The notes under the pieces: generated by a model
Told to the model about the DNA's origin: nothing
Seen by the model: only the letters and a program-made list of their open reading frames with translations
Database searches by the model: none
Source of the DNA: Gracilimonas sp.
GTDB taxonomy: Bacteria > Bacteroidota > Rhodothermia > Balneolales > Balneolaceae
DNA: 64,000 nt
NCBI RefSeq assembly: GCF_022450045.1
Contig: NZ_JAKURD010000011.1
Direction: 5' to 3' (one strand)
Program-made: the position numbers and the translations under genes
Shown: positions 1 through 10,079 of the stretch, piece by piece
How positions within the stretch are numbered: the first letter of the stretch is position 1
Layout: each line of letters opens with the position of its first letter

Positions 1-1397
1 TTATTGTCTTGTTCATCGGTTCTTCCAATACGGAAGGATACTTTCTCTATTTTTTAGCTGCAGGTCTTGTGATCTCATTATTTGGAGGAATATTTGGCTG
101 GTGGTTCTTTAGATTCCGAATCTTTGAGGATGAGCTTCAGATCGAGAAAGGAATATTTGTTAAAAAGAAACTATATCTGTCAAAAGACAGAATTCAGGTT
201 ATTGATATTACCGAAGGTATTCTCCAGCGGTTATTCGGATTGGTGAAAGTGGAAGTAAAGACAGCCGGTGGGGGTACTGAAACAGCTACTATAAGCGCCA
301 TAACAAGAGAGGAAGCTGAAGAACTCCGAACTGAACTTAGAAAAAGGAATAATGGGAATTCAAATCATTTTGAAGATCTTGAAGAAGACCAAGAGAAGAA
401 AGACCAAATTTTATCTACCTGGAAACTGTCAACAAAAGATCTGGTATATGCTGCATTTACTTCCGGAAACTTTGGGTTGATTGCTTCCATTTTGGGTGCT
501 GTCTCAGGGCAGTTGAACGAAATGATCAACGAAGAGAATATCCGATTTATCTACGAAATAATGCCCGGCTATAGTGATGTCACCATTTATGTTGCCCTGA
601 TATTCGCCATCATCGTAGTTTCATGGTTACTTTCGTTTTTAGGAGTCATTTTTACTTATTCTGATTTCAGACTCCACAAAACCGAAGAAGAATTGATCAT
701 TACCCGTGGGTTGTTTGAAAAGAAGCATATAACCGTACCGTATGATCGCATTCAAGCCGTGCGGTTTGTGGAGGGTGTGATACGGCAGCCTTTTGGATAT
801 GGGATGATCTATGTAGAAAGTGCGGGCTTTGATCAAAACCAGAAAGGACGATCCATTGTCTTGGCCCCATATATTTCGGCAAGAGCAGTCAGCTCTTTTT
901 TGAATGAATTCTTAGCGGAATATGAGGAGCCAGAGTATGGGTTCAAACCTCCCAAAAAAGCACTATTTCGCTACCTCCGAAGACCGAACTATTTCTTACT
1001 GCTGCTGGTACCGGTTCTTTGGTACTTCTTAAACCGCGGCTGGCTGTCATTGATGCTCATTCCTGTACTAAGTATTTTGGGATGGATGCGGTACAAAGAT
1101 GCTGCTGTAGGTTTTAATAATGATATATTACGAATGCGCTATCGAACCATTTCAAGAACAACAGCCATCATGAAAAAGAACAGAATTCAGGCTGCTGACC
1201 TTTCACAAAATCCATTTCAAATCAGGAAAGGTTTGGTTAATTTTTCTGCTACGGCTGCATCCGGAGCGGGAGGAATGAATTTTGGAGTAGAAGATTTAGG
1301 AAATGAAGACAGTCTTCGTATTTATGATTGGGTAGCAGGGGAAAAAAATATTGGCCGGCAACATGAAGGTGAAGAACAAAACGGAACGGTTACCTAA
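1..1397 (+). CDS. PH (bPH_2) domain membrane protein, YdbT-like; 5' truncated by window edge
   Basis: Frame is open from the window start. TM segments alternate with repeated bPH_2-like motifs (RIQVIDITEGILQRLFGL, RIQAVRFVEGVIRQPFG, RIQAADLSQNPFQ). Confidence 0.8.
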   Translation, partial: IVLFIGSSNTEGYFLYFLAAGLVISLFGGIFGWWFFRFRIFEDELQIEKGIFVKKKLYLSKDRIQVIDITEGILQRLFGLVKVEVKTAGGGTETATISAITREEAEELRTELRKRNNGNSNHFEDLEEDQEKKDQILSTWKLSTKDLVYAAFTSGNFGLIASILGAVSGQLNEMINEENIRFIYEIMPGYSDVTIYVALIFAIIVVSWLLSFLGVIFTYSDFRLHKTEEELIITRGLFEKKHITVPYDRIQAVRFVEGVIRQPFGYGMIYVESAGFDQNQKGRSIVLAPYISARAVSSFLNEFLAEYEEPEYGFKPPKKALFRYLRRPNYFLLLLVPVLWYFLNRGWLSLMLIPVLSILGWMRYKDAAVGFNNDILRMRYRTISRTTAIMKKNRIQAADLSQNPFQIRKGLVNFSATAASGAGGMNFGVEDLGNEDSLRIYDWVAGEKNIGRQHEGEEQNGTVT

Positions 1398-1409
1398 TTT
1401 TCTGAACTT

Positions 1410-3173
1410 TCAGCCCCCCTCATTTTCATTCAGCTCAAAAAAGATCTTGAATCGTGTCCAGTCGTCTTGCTCAATTTCAAGCCGCCCATTTATTCGTTTT
1501 ACCAGGACCTTAATAAGGGTCATTCCCAGCGAATCACTTTTAGTTATATCAAAATTGCTGTCCATTTTGTTCCCGTCACTTTCAACTAAAAGCTCAATGC
1601 CTTCAGGGCTTTTTTGAAGCTTGATCTTTAAAATTCCTGATTCATAATCTTTATAAGAGTGTTTGAATGCATTATTGATCAATTCGTTGAGAATAAGCCC
1701 GATTGGAATGGCACTGTTTATGTTAATAGTAATTGGGTGTACATCAATAATAATTTCAATCTCTTTTTCTTTAGAAGAGTATGCTTTTTCGATCTCTTCC
1801 GTGATTTCAATGATATAGGTATCAAGTGGAATTTCTGAGAGCGTTGTAGATTCATAGAGCTTTTCATGAACTTTAGCTATCGATTTGATGCGAGCCTGAC
1901 TGGAACTGAGTATGTTCTGAACGTCTTCGTTCACTCCGTCTTTTTGAAGCTCTAATAAACTCGATATAATCGCAAGGTTATTTTTAACACGGTGATGGAT
2001 CTCTTTAAGTAATAACTCTTTCTCTTTCAGCGACTCTTTTATTTTCTCTTCTTGTTCTTTTTGGGTTGAAATATCCCGTACAGCTCCGATTATAGCCTCG
2101 GGTTCCCCATGTTCATTACGGATCAAAGAGCGGACGTTGCTTACCCACTTCCAGTTTCCACTGCTATCCTGGAGTCGGAATTCAGTGGAGGGCAGAAAAT
2201 CTCCATCCTTCAGATTATCATATTTTTCTACCACTTTACTCATATGGTCTCTGTCCTCAGGATGCATGATGGAAAGAATAAAGTTAACTCCGCCATCTGC
2301 AAATTGCTCTTCATCATAACCAAGCATGCTTTCTACTGCAGGACTCACAAAAACATATTTCCTGGTACTCAGATCCAGTTTATAGAGTACATCCTTTGAA
2401 TTATCAAATACATTTTTGAGTTGCTGTTCACTTTCCTTGAGAGATTGAGTCCAGATGTGAGTAGAACGGTAAAAGCGGGAAGTGATCCAGGTGCCAACGA
2501 AAATCAATATTAAACCCAGGGTAATGGTAGTCCACCAAAAGATTTCATTTACAAGTCGGGCCATGTTGCCCATCGCAAGAGAAAAGCTGTATTCGAGGTC
2601 GGTCAATTCATGATCCAATATTTCCAATTCTTCCATCCATCGGGTTTTTTGAGCATCGGAAACGGTACTGTTATTTTGGATTTTCGAATGTATGGACGCC
2701 GCAAAAGATCTGAACTCTTCAATTTTACTATCACCTGATTTCCAGATCTCGATGGCTTTTTTTACATGAGATATGTCCTGAAATCTTCGAAACAGGTTCA
2801 CCATGTCCCTTACATCATCCGGATGATTTTTTCCCGCAATGAATCCCTCAAACACTATCTCGTAATCAAAATTTTCTTTTTGAAGCTCTTCGCGAGCTAT
2901 CCGGTATCCCTCAATTACCCGAAGTACACTTTTAAAGTACTTGTATTCTTCCGGGTTTTCTGTGATAATATAATTACTAAGATGTATGCCGGCTTCTTTC
3001 TGAGCCTTAGCCCAGTATGCTTCTCCGGCTATGTATGCTCTAACCCCAGAAGAAGTATTAATGGAAAGATTAACCATCAAGATGAGCAGGAGCGCGCATA
3101 ACAACCCAAAGGAAACAACACCTATAATCTTGCGGTCAACATCTAACTTTCCTTCTCCTGTTATTATGAGCAT
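1410..3173 (-). CDS. Membrane sensor histidine kinase (PAS + HisKA_2/HATPase)
   Basis: Two TM helices, a PAS domain, H-box KEIHHRVKNNL and N-box ILNELINNAFKH. Confidence 0.9.
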   Translation of the reverse strand: MLIITGEGKLDVDRKIIGVVSFGLLCALLLILMVNLSINTSSGVRAYIAGEAYWAKAQKEAGIHLSNYIITENPEEYKYFKSVLRVIEGYRIAREELQKENFDYEIVFEGFIAGKNHPDDVRDMVNLFRRFQDISHVKKAIEIWKSGDSKIEEFRSFAASIHSKIQNNSTVSDAQKTRWMEELEILDHELTDLEYSFSLAMGNMARLVNEIFWWTTITLGLILIFVGTWITSRFYRSTHIWTQSLKESEQQLKNVFDNSKDVLYKLDLSTRKYVFVSPAVESMLGYDEEQFADGGVNFILSIMHPEDRDHMSKVVEKYDNLKDGDFLPSTEFRLQDSSGNWKWVSNVRSLIRNEHGEPEAIIGAVRDISTQKEQEEKIKESLKEKELLLKEIHHRVKNNLAIISSLLELQKDGVNEDVQNILSSSQARIKSIAKVHEKLYESTTLSEIPLDTYIIEITEEIEKAYSSKEKEIEIIIDVHPITININSAIPIGLILNELINNAFKHSYKDYESGILKIKLQKSPEGIELLVESDGNKMDSNFDITKSDSLGMTLIKVLVKRINGRLEIEQDDWTRFKIFFELNENEGG

Positions 3174-3275
3174 ATTTCTTTTCTATTTGAAATATTTGAT
3201 GTAAGCTGAAATCTATCATCGGATAATAGTGATCATTATATTAACGATTATTTACAAAAAGAAAAGGGCTTAAAG

Positions 3276-4946
3276 TCACCGCATCAATTTCTTGTATTTG
3301 ATGCGATGGGGCTGATCATCGGTAATTCCCAGGCGTTGTTTTTTATTCGCTTCATACTCTTCAAAATTTCCTTCAAACCAGTACACCTGGCTATTTCCTT
3401 CAAAAGCTAAAATATGGGTAGCAATCCTGTCCAGGAACCATCTGTCGTGAGAAATAACGACTGCACAACCCGCAAAATTCAGGAGTGCTTCTTCAAGTGC
3501 TCTTAAGGTATTTACGTCCAAATCATTAGTCGGTTCATCCAGAAGCAAGACATTCGCTCCTTCTTTTAACATTTTGGCAAGGTGAACCCGGTTGCGCTCT
3601 CCTCCGGAGAGCTCGGTTACTTTTTTCTGCTGATCACTTCCGCTAAAATTGAACCGGGCAACATAGGCTCTTGAGTTAACTTCCCGGTTCCCCAGTTTTA
3701 TGATATCCTGTCCGTCTGAAATTTCTTCCCAAATAGTTTTAGCAGGATCAAGAGGACGTTTTTGATCAATATAACCCAATTCTACCGTGTCGCCGGTAAC
3801 CAATGTACCCTTATCCGGTTCTTCCTGTCCAGTGATCATCTTAAAAAGTGTAGTTTTTCCCGCACCGTTTGGTCCGATCACTCCCACAATGCCACCCGGA
3901 GGGAGCTTGAAATCCAGATCTTCGATCAACAGGCGGTCTTCAAATCCTTTACTTACATGTTCGGCTGCTATTACTTTATCACCAAGGCGTGGTCCGGCTG
4001 GAATGAAGATCTCCATGTCATCCCGGCGCTTTTCATTTTCCTCAGAAAGCAACTCTTCGTATTGGTTGATACGTGCCTTACTTTTGGCACGGCGGCCTTT
4101 CGGATTTTGGCGAATCCAGTCTAATTCTTGCTTCAGTGTTTTTTGTCGTTTGGATTCTTCCTTCTCTTCCTGTTCAAGACGTTTCGACTTTTGTTCCAGC
4201 CAGGAACTGTAGTTTCCTTCAAAAGGAATTCCTTCCCCGCGGTCTAATTCTAAGATCCATCCGGCTACATTGTCCAGAAAGTAGCGATCGTGTGTTACGG
4301 CAATTACGGTTCCTTCGTATCTTTCAAGATGTTGTTCCAGCCAGCTAACTGATTCTGCATCTAAGTGGTTAGTGGGCTCATCCAGGAGTAACACATCCGG
4401 TTTTTTGAGTAAGAGTCGGCAAAGAGCTACCCGACGAGCTTCTCCCCCTGATAACACCTCCACAGAAGTATCGCCGGGCGGGCAACGTAAGGCATCCATA
4501 GCCTGTTCCAGTTTACTGTCAATATCCCAGGCATCAATCCGGTCTATCTTTTCCTGTAGCTTAGACTGCTTTTCAATGAGCTTTTCGAAATCAGCATCCG
4601 GATCACTGAATCCTGCATTTACGGCTTCGTATTCTTTCAGCAGATCCATTGTGTTTTGAACTCCTTCCTCAACGATCTCTTTCACGGTCTTGGAAGGATC
4701 GAGCTTTGGTTCTTGTGAAAGATATCCGAAGGTGATCCCTTTTTGGAAACTGATATCCCCCTGATAGTTTTTGTCTTCTCCGGCAATAATTTTGAGCAGG
4801 GTACTTTTACCGGCACCGTTTAACCCAAGAACACCAATTTTAGCCCCATAGAAAAAGGAGAGGTAAATATCCTTTAGAACTGTTTTGTTAGGTTTATAGG
4901 TTTTGGAAACCCCAACCATCGAAAAAATTATCTTATTGTCGCTCAA
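3276..4946 (-). CDS. ettA: ABC-F energy-dependent translational throttle protein EttA
   Basis: Two ABC domains ([34 protein letters not shown]), no TM segments, typical [12 protein letters not shown] linker. TTG start. Confidence 0.93.
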   Translation of the reverse strand: MSDNKIIFSMVGVSKTYKPNKTVLKDIYLSFFYGAKIGVLGLNGAGKSTLLKIIAGEDKNYQGDISFQKGITFGYLSQEPKLDPSKTVKEIVEEGVQNTMDLLKEYEAVNAGFSDPDADFEKLIEKQSKLQEKIDRIDAWDIDSKLEQAMDALRCPPGDTSVEVLSGGEARRVALCRLLLKKPDVLLLDEPTNHLDAESVSWLEQHLERYEGTVIAVTHDRYFLDNVAGWILELDRGEGIPFEGNYSSWLEQKSKRLEQEEKEESKRQKTLKQELDWIRQNPKGRRAKSKARINQYEELLSEENEKRRDDMEIFIPAGPRLGDKVIAAEHVSKGFEDRLLIEDLDFKLPPGGIVGVIGPNGAGKTTLFKMITGQEEPDKGTLVTGDTVELGYIDQKRPLDPAKTIWEEISDGQDIIKLGNREVNSRAYVARFNFSGSDQQKKVTELSGGERNRVHLAKMLKEGANVLLLDEPTNDLDVNTLRALEEALLNFAGCAVVISHDRWFLDRIATHILAFEGNSQVYWFEGNFEEYEANKKQRLGITDDQPHRIKYKKLMR

Positions 4947-4978
4947 TGCCCTGTAATTTTATTAATTGTGTAGGAGGG

Positions 4979-4986
4979 CAAAGGTA
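4979..4986 (-). promoter_or_regulatory. Bacteroidota-type -7 promoter element (TACCTTTG) upstream of ettA
   Basis: The minus strand reads TACCTTTG, matching TAnnTTTG, about 30 nt upstream of the start codon. Confidence 0.5.
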
Positions 4987-5017
4987 CGAAATGACCACGG
5001 ATTTTAGAACGTCGATT

Positions 5018-5848
5018 TTACCCCAGTGCTACATCTAACACCATCATTACAACGAACCCACCCATAGCGCCAAGTGTAGCCAGGTCTGCATTTCCGTGAA
5101 GCTGACTTTCAGGAATCAGCTCTTCTATGACTACATAGATCATCGCACCTGCAGCAAAAGCGAGGGCATAAGGCAATATGGGCTGAATGAATATAACAGC
5201 TGCAGCTCCGATCACAGCAGAAACCGGTTCTACAATTCCGGAAAGCTGCCCATAATTGAAGCTTTTCCACCGGCTCAATCCATCTCGTCTCAGAGGCATG
5301 GAAATGGCCATGCCTTCCGGGAAATTTTGAATGCCAATTCCTATAGCAAGCACGATAGCCGCTGTTACTGTTGCTCCACCTGCTACATCAAGTCCTATGC
5401 TTGCGGCTCCAAATAAAACACCAATAGCCAATCCTTCAGGGATATTATGCAGGGTGATAGCAAGCACCAGCAAGGTCGCCCGCTTCCATTTTGTTTCTAC
5501 TCCTTCAGCCGCGTCACGCGGTAGCCCAATGTGAAGGTGAGGAATGTATTGATCACAAATTCTAAGAAATAGCCCACCAAGTAAAAAGCCGATTGCAGCA
5601 GGTATCCATGAGATGATGCCCTGAGCTTCGGCCATATCGATGGAAGGGATAATGAGTGACCAAACGCTGGCAGCTATCATAACCCCGGCTGCAAAGCCCA
5701 TCATACCGTCCAACAGTCTATGATTTACGGTTTTAGTGAAGAATACGAATGAAGCGCCAAGTGCAGTGACACCCCATGTGAAAAGGCCGCCGCATAAAGC
5801 TTGTACAACAGGGTTAAGTTCAAAAAACCAATTCGGTAAGAAGTCCAT
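5018..5848 (-). CDS. ZIP family (ZupT/GufA) divalent metal transporter
   Basis: Multi-TM protein with signatures [11 protein letters not shown] and IQNFPEG. Probable ATG start at 5848 (ORF open to 5881). Confidence 0.92.
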   Translation of the reverse strand: MDFLPNWFFELNPVVQALCGGLFTWGVTALGASFVFFTKTVNHRLLDGMMGFAAGVMIAASVWSLIIPSIDMAEAQGIISWIPAAIGFLLGGLFLRICDQYIPHLHIGLPRDAAEGVETKWKRATLLVLAITLHNIPEGLAIGVLFGAASIGLDVAGGATVTAAIVLAIGIGIQNFPEGMAISMPLRRDGLSRWKSFNYGQLSGIVEPVSAVIGAAAVIFIQPILPYALAFAAGAMIYVVIEELIPESQLHGNADLATLGAMGGFVVMMVLDVALG

Positions 5849-5889
5849 ATTTTTTCTTTTCAATATAGTAATTTGATTCAACTTAATAA

Positions 5890-5911
5890 ATATTTAGTTA
5901 AGACTAAATAT
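5890..5911. promoter_or_regulatory. Palindromic operator ATATTTAGT-TAAG-ACTAAATAT, DtxR/MntR-like box
   Basis: Perfect 9-4-9 inverted repeat directly upstream of the ZIP transporter. The TTAG...CTAA core resembles DtxR-family boxes. Confidence 0.5.
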
Positions 5912-5981
5912 CTGCCGGAGTAAATGATGGTAAATAGAGATATAATTTCCCTAACTTCAGTGGCAAATCTTCAGAAATATT

Positions 5982-6698
5982 ATGAGTAATAATTTGGATG
6001 CATTTAAGGAGCCGATTGAAAGTGGATTGGTAAGGATTTTGCTCCGTATAAATGAAATACATTGTGAAGTGAAGAATGATGCCCCGGATTTTATTGATCC
6101 AAAGGAAGATCAGCTAAAAATAAAGATCGTTCCTGAAGCTGATATTTTCCATCTTACACAGGTATTTCAGGAGCGTTATTCTTTAGTGTTAAACAAACGC
6201 AGATCGAAGGATGGAATAATAGTCTGGGATCTGTCACAAGAGGGAATCTGGTTCGATATTCCAATGGATAAAGTGAAAGAGGTGTGGCTGACCGACTTCA
6301 ATTTTTATATTGAAAGTAAATCTCCCCGTTATCTTACCTACTACATATTAGACGTTGATCATAAGATCCAGTGGCTTCAGGTGGATGAATCCGGAAGTAT
6401 TATATCTCTTAGCGAATTCAGGAAAAAATTTACTCCTCCGCCCATTTCAGAAAGAGAAACATTTACCGGAGCAGAGATCCTAAAGTGTTCGGATATGCTG
6501 GGCCGTGCCACGCGGAAAATTGATGTAAGGACAGGTAAGGCTATGGTAAAGTTTAATACCGAAAAGGGCAGGCTTGAACCTCTTTTAATGGGAATGGCTG
6601 AGAAATTGGGATATGTTATTGAGCCATTGGATAAACGAACGATTATTAAGGAAGATGAAGGTGGGAATAGTGTCAGCCACTCAATTTCACTGAAATAA
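5982..6698 (+). CDS. Hypothetical protein
   Basis: 238-aa ATG ORF filling the gap and followed by a terminator hairpin. No family recognised. Confidence 0.7.
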   Translation: MSNNLDAFKEPIESGLVRILLRINEIHCEVKNDAPDFIDPKEDQLKIKIVPEADIFHLTQVFQERYSLVLNKRRSKDGIIVWDLSQEGIWFDIPMDKVKEVWLTDFNFYIESKSPRYLTYYILDVDHKIQWLQVDESGSIISLSEFRKKFTPPPISERETFTGAEILKCSDMLGRATRKIDVRTGKAMVKFNTEKGRLEPLLMGMAEKLGYVIEPLDKRTIIKEDEGGNSVSHSISLK

Positions 6699-6727
6699 AA
6701 AAGCCGGGCGATTTAGCCCGGCTTCTA
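6698..6727. terminator. Probable bidirectional intrinsic terminator
   Basis: AAAAAGCCGGGC-GATTTA-GCCCGGCTT hairpin between convergent genes. Confidence 0.7.
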
Positions 6728-6748
6728 ATTTAGGCAGGGGTATTTAGG

Positions 6749-7852
6749 TCAATTCTGTTTCCAGAAAACGATTCCACCGGCCTGTTTTCCGGTTTCAACC
6801 ACATCTACCCGTTCGAGTTTCTGCAGATCTATGATCTCAACCGAGCCCGGTTCGCCTCCAATGCCTTCCACAGAAATAAACGCATAGTTATTGTCGGGAG
6901 TGATAGCCACGCCGTGGGTTACCTTTCGGCTGTTCTCGATATAGGCGAGTTCTTCCCCTTTTTCAAGATCCCAGATTCCTACAGCCCCTTCTCCTTTGTA
7001 GGTAACAACCAGGAGTTTACCATCGTGGCTTACTTCCAGGTTATATGGACCTTTGGCAGTATCAAAGCGACGGGTGATCTTCCACTTTTCGGTGTCAATT
7101 TCTATGATCTCGTTAGATCCGTTTCCGGCCACATAAACAAGTGGTTTTGTGGGATGTGGATCGGCCCAGGTTGGTTTTTCTACAGGAGAGTGATCCATGT
7201 CCGTATTTTCATGATCGATTTTAGAATGATCCATAGATCCGCCTTCACCGAGCTTAAGGGTTCGCTTCACTTCCAGCTTCCGAGCGTCTATCTCGTACAG
7301 CTCATCAGTCATCATGGAGACGTGATAAGCGACATCACCGGAAGGTCCTACCCGGGTGCCATGCGGCATTATACCGACAGGAATATCTGCTAGTCGCATC
7401 ATAGTTTCGGAATCTACGACCGAAAGGGTACTAGGCTCCATGTCACCATGAAGATTGAAGTTTACAACATAAACCATTCCGGTAGATGGGTTGTAATCCA
7501 TGCTGGCGGGAAACATCCCCAACTCAACCGAATCCACAGCCTCATTAGTCTCTGTAGAATATTTCCAAAGCTGGCCATAAGGCATTCCGTGGGCAATGGT
7601 CACAAACCAGTATTTTCCATCTGCTGAAACAGTGACTCCATGTGGACCTTCATTTTCCTGAGGCCAGGTACCTACATCTATGGTTTCTGCTATAGTACCC
7701 TTACCGGTTTCGCCATTAAAATGGATCAAGTGAACCTGATCTTCCGATTCTGCTGCTACATAAGCGTAATAATCCTGGGCATAGCTGTCAGAGATCCCAA
7801 ATAAAAGGATTCCTCCGACAACCAGTGTCCATAAAGCTCTCTTAATTATCAT
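6749..7852 (-). CDS. Secreted YVTN/YncE-type beta-propeller protein
   Basis: Signal peptide plus repeated blades (IDVGTWP...PHGVTVS, IPVGIMPHG, TAKGPYN, TGKQAGG). Confidence 0.8.
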   Translation of the reverse strand: MIIKRALWTLVVGGILLFGISDSYAQDYYAYVAAESEDQVHLIHFNGETGKGTIAETIDVGTWPQENEGPHGVTVSADGKYWFVTIAHGMPYGQLWKYSTETNEAVDSVELGMFPASMDYNPSTGMVYVVNFNLHGDMEPSTLSVVDSETMMRLADIPVGIMPHGTRVGPSGDVAYHVSMMTDELYEIDARKLEVKRTLKLGEGGSMDHSKIDHENTDMDHSPVEKPTWADPHPTKPLVYVAGNGSNEIIEIDTEKWKITRRFDTAKGPYNLEVSHDGKLLVVTYKGEGAVGIWDLEKGEELAYIENSRKVTHGVAITPDNNYAFISVEGIGGEPGSVEIIDLQKLERVDVVETGKQAGGIVFWKQN

Positions 7853-7871
7853 TGGATGAATATTTGTGTGA

Positions 7872-9860
7872 TTAATTGGTTCCTTGCTCAGGACGATCTA
7901 CTAATTTTATAGCCCAAAGGCCTGAGTTCCAGTCCGAAATAAAGATATGTCCTTTATATGGCTGAGGTCCCCAGGTAAATGGAGCATTTGGTACGATCGC
8001 GTCTGGGTGAGTCGGTTCAAATTTGGCGATCTCTCGTCCCTGATCATATAAGTTGCCCATCAATTCGCCGGAAATATCTACGATGCGAAGCCCTGCATTA
8101 TAGTAAGCAACAAACAGAAGGTCGCCGACTACCCAGAAGTTATGTGTTCCTGCTTCGGGCACCTGATAGCGTGCTACTTCTTTAGGCTGGTCCCAGCCAT
8201 CAAATTTCACAAAGTGGATCCATCCTGCAGCTGCTACTGGATTACTGCGAGTAGGGAGTCCGTAAGGGAATGACTCATCGCCGGCAATAACGTAGAAATC
8301 CCCGGTAGATTCACTTTTGAATGGGAATGCGGCATGATTTCGCCCACTAGGATAAGAGTAGCTGCCCAACATAACAGGGTTTTCAGGAGATCCGCCGGCA
8401 TCAGCTAACTCGCTGTCCTGACTTCCAATATCTACAGCAACAACGCCATCACTCCAGTTAGAAGAGTAGGCGATCCCGTCTTCGATCCAAACATCGTGGA
8501 TGGAATGACCGGGTGTGTCCAGTTCAAATCGGCCAACAGTGTAAGGATTTTCAGGATCTTCAATATTGATGATATCGTAACGGCGGCCATTATTTACGGC
8601 ATATACATGATCTTCATAAATAAAGGCATTGTGAACCCCGCCGGTTAGTCCTTCATTATATTCAGAAAGAATTTTGACATCCCGCGGATTGCTCACATCC
8701 AGAACCACCATTCCATTTTTACGGTCAGAAGCTCCTTCACGTGTGATAACGCCAATGGTTCCGTCCTCAGAGATTTTAACGTCATTAACGGTACGTGCAT
8801 CAACGCGAACGGTATCAATAGAAACGATATTTGACGGATCGGTAACGTCCCAGAAGTAGGTGTCGCCATTGGCACCCCAGGTCCCGGTGATGGCGTAATC
8901 ACGTCCATCCACACCTTCCCATATCCAAAGGTCGGATGTGTGGACATCAAGTACTTCACCATGACCTACCATTTCAACGTCTTGTGCTGCATTACGGTCT
9001 TTAACTCGGATAATTTGCTCTGCAATAGCATCGCCGGAACGGGCAGCAAGTGTAAAGATCCCCGGTTTGTTAGCAACAAATTTACCTTCCTGTGAGATCT
9101 GTCCTTCCGCCCCTTGGCCCAGATTATCTTCAGGCTGAGCAATAAAAGAGTAGGTGATAGGAACATCAACAACACGTCCATTTCCAGACATTGCTTTGGC
9201 ATTCAGCGTGATTACATCTCCGGTTCTGATATTAGTTTCACTATTTTCAATGACCATGGAAGACGCAGGATTATTCTTAATGCTAAGATCAAGCGTAGCC
9301 TTTTTTCCCTCAGATTCTGCCGTGATCTTGACTTTTCCTGGTTTAAGTGCCATAAGTTTTCCATGACTTACCATAGCTACCGACTGATTATCGCTTGTGA
9401 TGGTTAAATCGGGGTTCTCACGAATAAGATCCATTTCGTCAATTACATCTACATGTAAGTCGAGAGTAGTTTTGGAGTAAATATTTTCGGGCACATTTTT
9501 GAACTGAACTTCAGCAATTGGAGGATAAGGCACTTCAATATTAAACTGCCTGGTTACGCGCTGTTCTCTTGGTCCGGAACGCATTGCAAGGACAGAATAG
9601 GCCCCTGGTTTATTGGCTTTAACATACCCTTCACGAGACACTTCAAGATCCCCGCCGTTTCTGGAATAGAAAAGAATGGTATCGGGAAGCGTTTCACCAC
9701 CTTCATTTACCAAAGAAGCCTTTAGTTGTTGTTCTGTACCCACTTCTATAACTATGGGGTCAGGTTCAATTACAATTTTTAATGAGCTGGTATCCTGGGC
9801 AAAAGTATGTGTAGCTCCAAAAAGAACTATTACTGCCAAAAGTTTTAACGCCTTTTTCAT
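7872..9860 (-). CDS. Secreted Ig-like (Big_2) + LVIVD-repeat protein
   Basis: Signal peptide, N-terminal Ig-like repeats, then LVIVD-like repeats (MVVLDVSNP, DIINIEDPENP, LRIVDIS). Confidence 0.8.
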   Translation of the reverse strand: MKKALKLLAVIVLFGATHTFAQDTSSLKIVIEPDPIVIEVGTEQQLKASLVNEGGETLPDTILFYSRNGGDLEVSREGYVKANKPGAYSVLAMRSGPREQRVTRQFNIEVPYPPIAEVQFKNVPENIYSKTTLDLHVDVIDEMDLIRENPDLTITSDNQSVAMVSHGKLMALKPGKVKITAESEGKKATLDLSIKNNPASSMVIENSETNIRTGDVITLNAKAMSGNGRVVDVPITYSFIAQPEDNLGQGAEGQISQEGKFVANKPGIFTLAARSGDAIAEQIIRVKDRNAAQDVEMVGHGEVLDVHTSDLWIWEGVDGRDYAITGTWGANGDTYFWDVTDPSNIVSIDTVRVDARTVNDVKISEDGTIGVITREGASDRKNGMVVLDVSNPRDVKILSEYNEGLTGGVHNAFIYEDHVYAVNNGRRYDIINIEDPENPYTVGRFELDTPGHSIHDVWIEDGIAYSSNWSDGVVAVDIGSQDSELADAGGSPENPVMLGSYSYPSGRNHAAFPFKSESTGDFYVIAGDESFPYGLPTRSNPVAAAGWIHFVKFDGWDQPKEVARYQVPEAGTHNFWVVGDLLFVAYYNAGLRIVDISGELMGNLYDQGREIAKFEPTHPDAIVPNAPFTWGPQPYKGHIFISDWNSGLWAIKLVDRPEQGTN

Positions 9861-9943
9861 GATCCGGGGAAATTAATTAATAGATTTTTTGTTTCTAACA
9901 AGACTTTATAATAAATCAAAAATTTGTGAAAAACTGAATTTAG

Positions 9944-9972
9944 TCAGTTCAAAAACTGCTTTTTTGAACTGA
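9944..9972. promoter_or_regulatory. 12-bp perfect inverted repeat in divergent promoter region
   Basis: TCAGTTCAAAAA-CTGCT-TTTTTGAACTGA between the LVIVD gene and gcvP. Confidence 0.45.
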
Positions 9973-10079
9973 TTTTTCCTTAATTTACAAAATCCTGTTT
10001 TTGGAATTATACAGCTGAAATGTATTGGCTTCTAAACGAGTTTTGTTCATCAAAATAAATCATCTCATTTTCTACTTTA

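Noticed and set aside
9861-10079. Glycine riboswitch upstream of gcvP
   Set aside because: The region is very AT-rich and lacks the conserved GGAGA/GAAGG aptamer elements.
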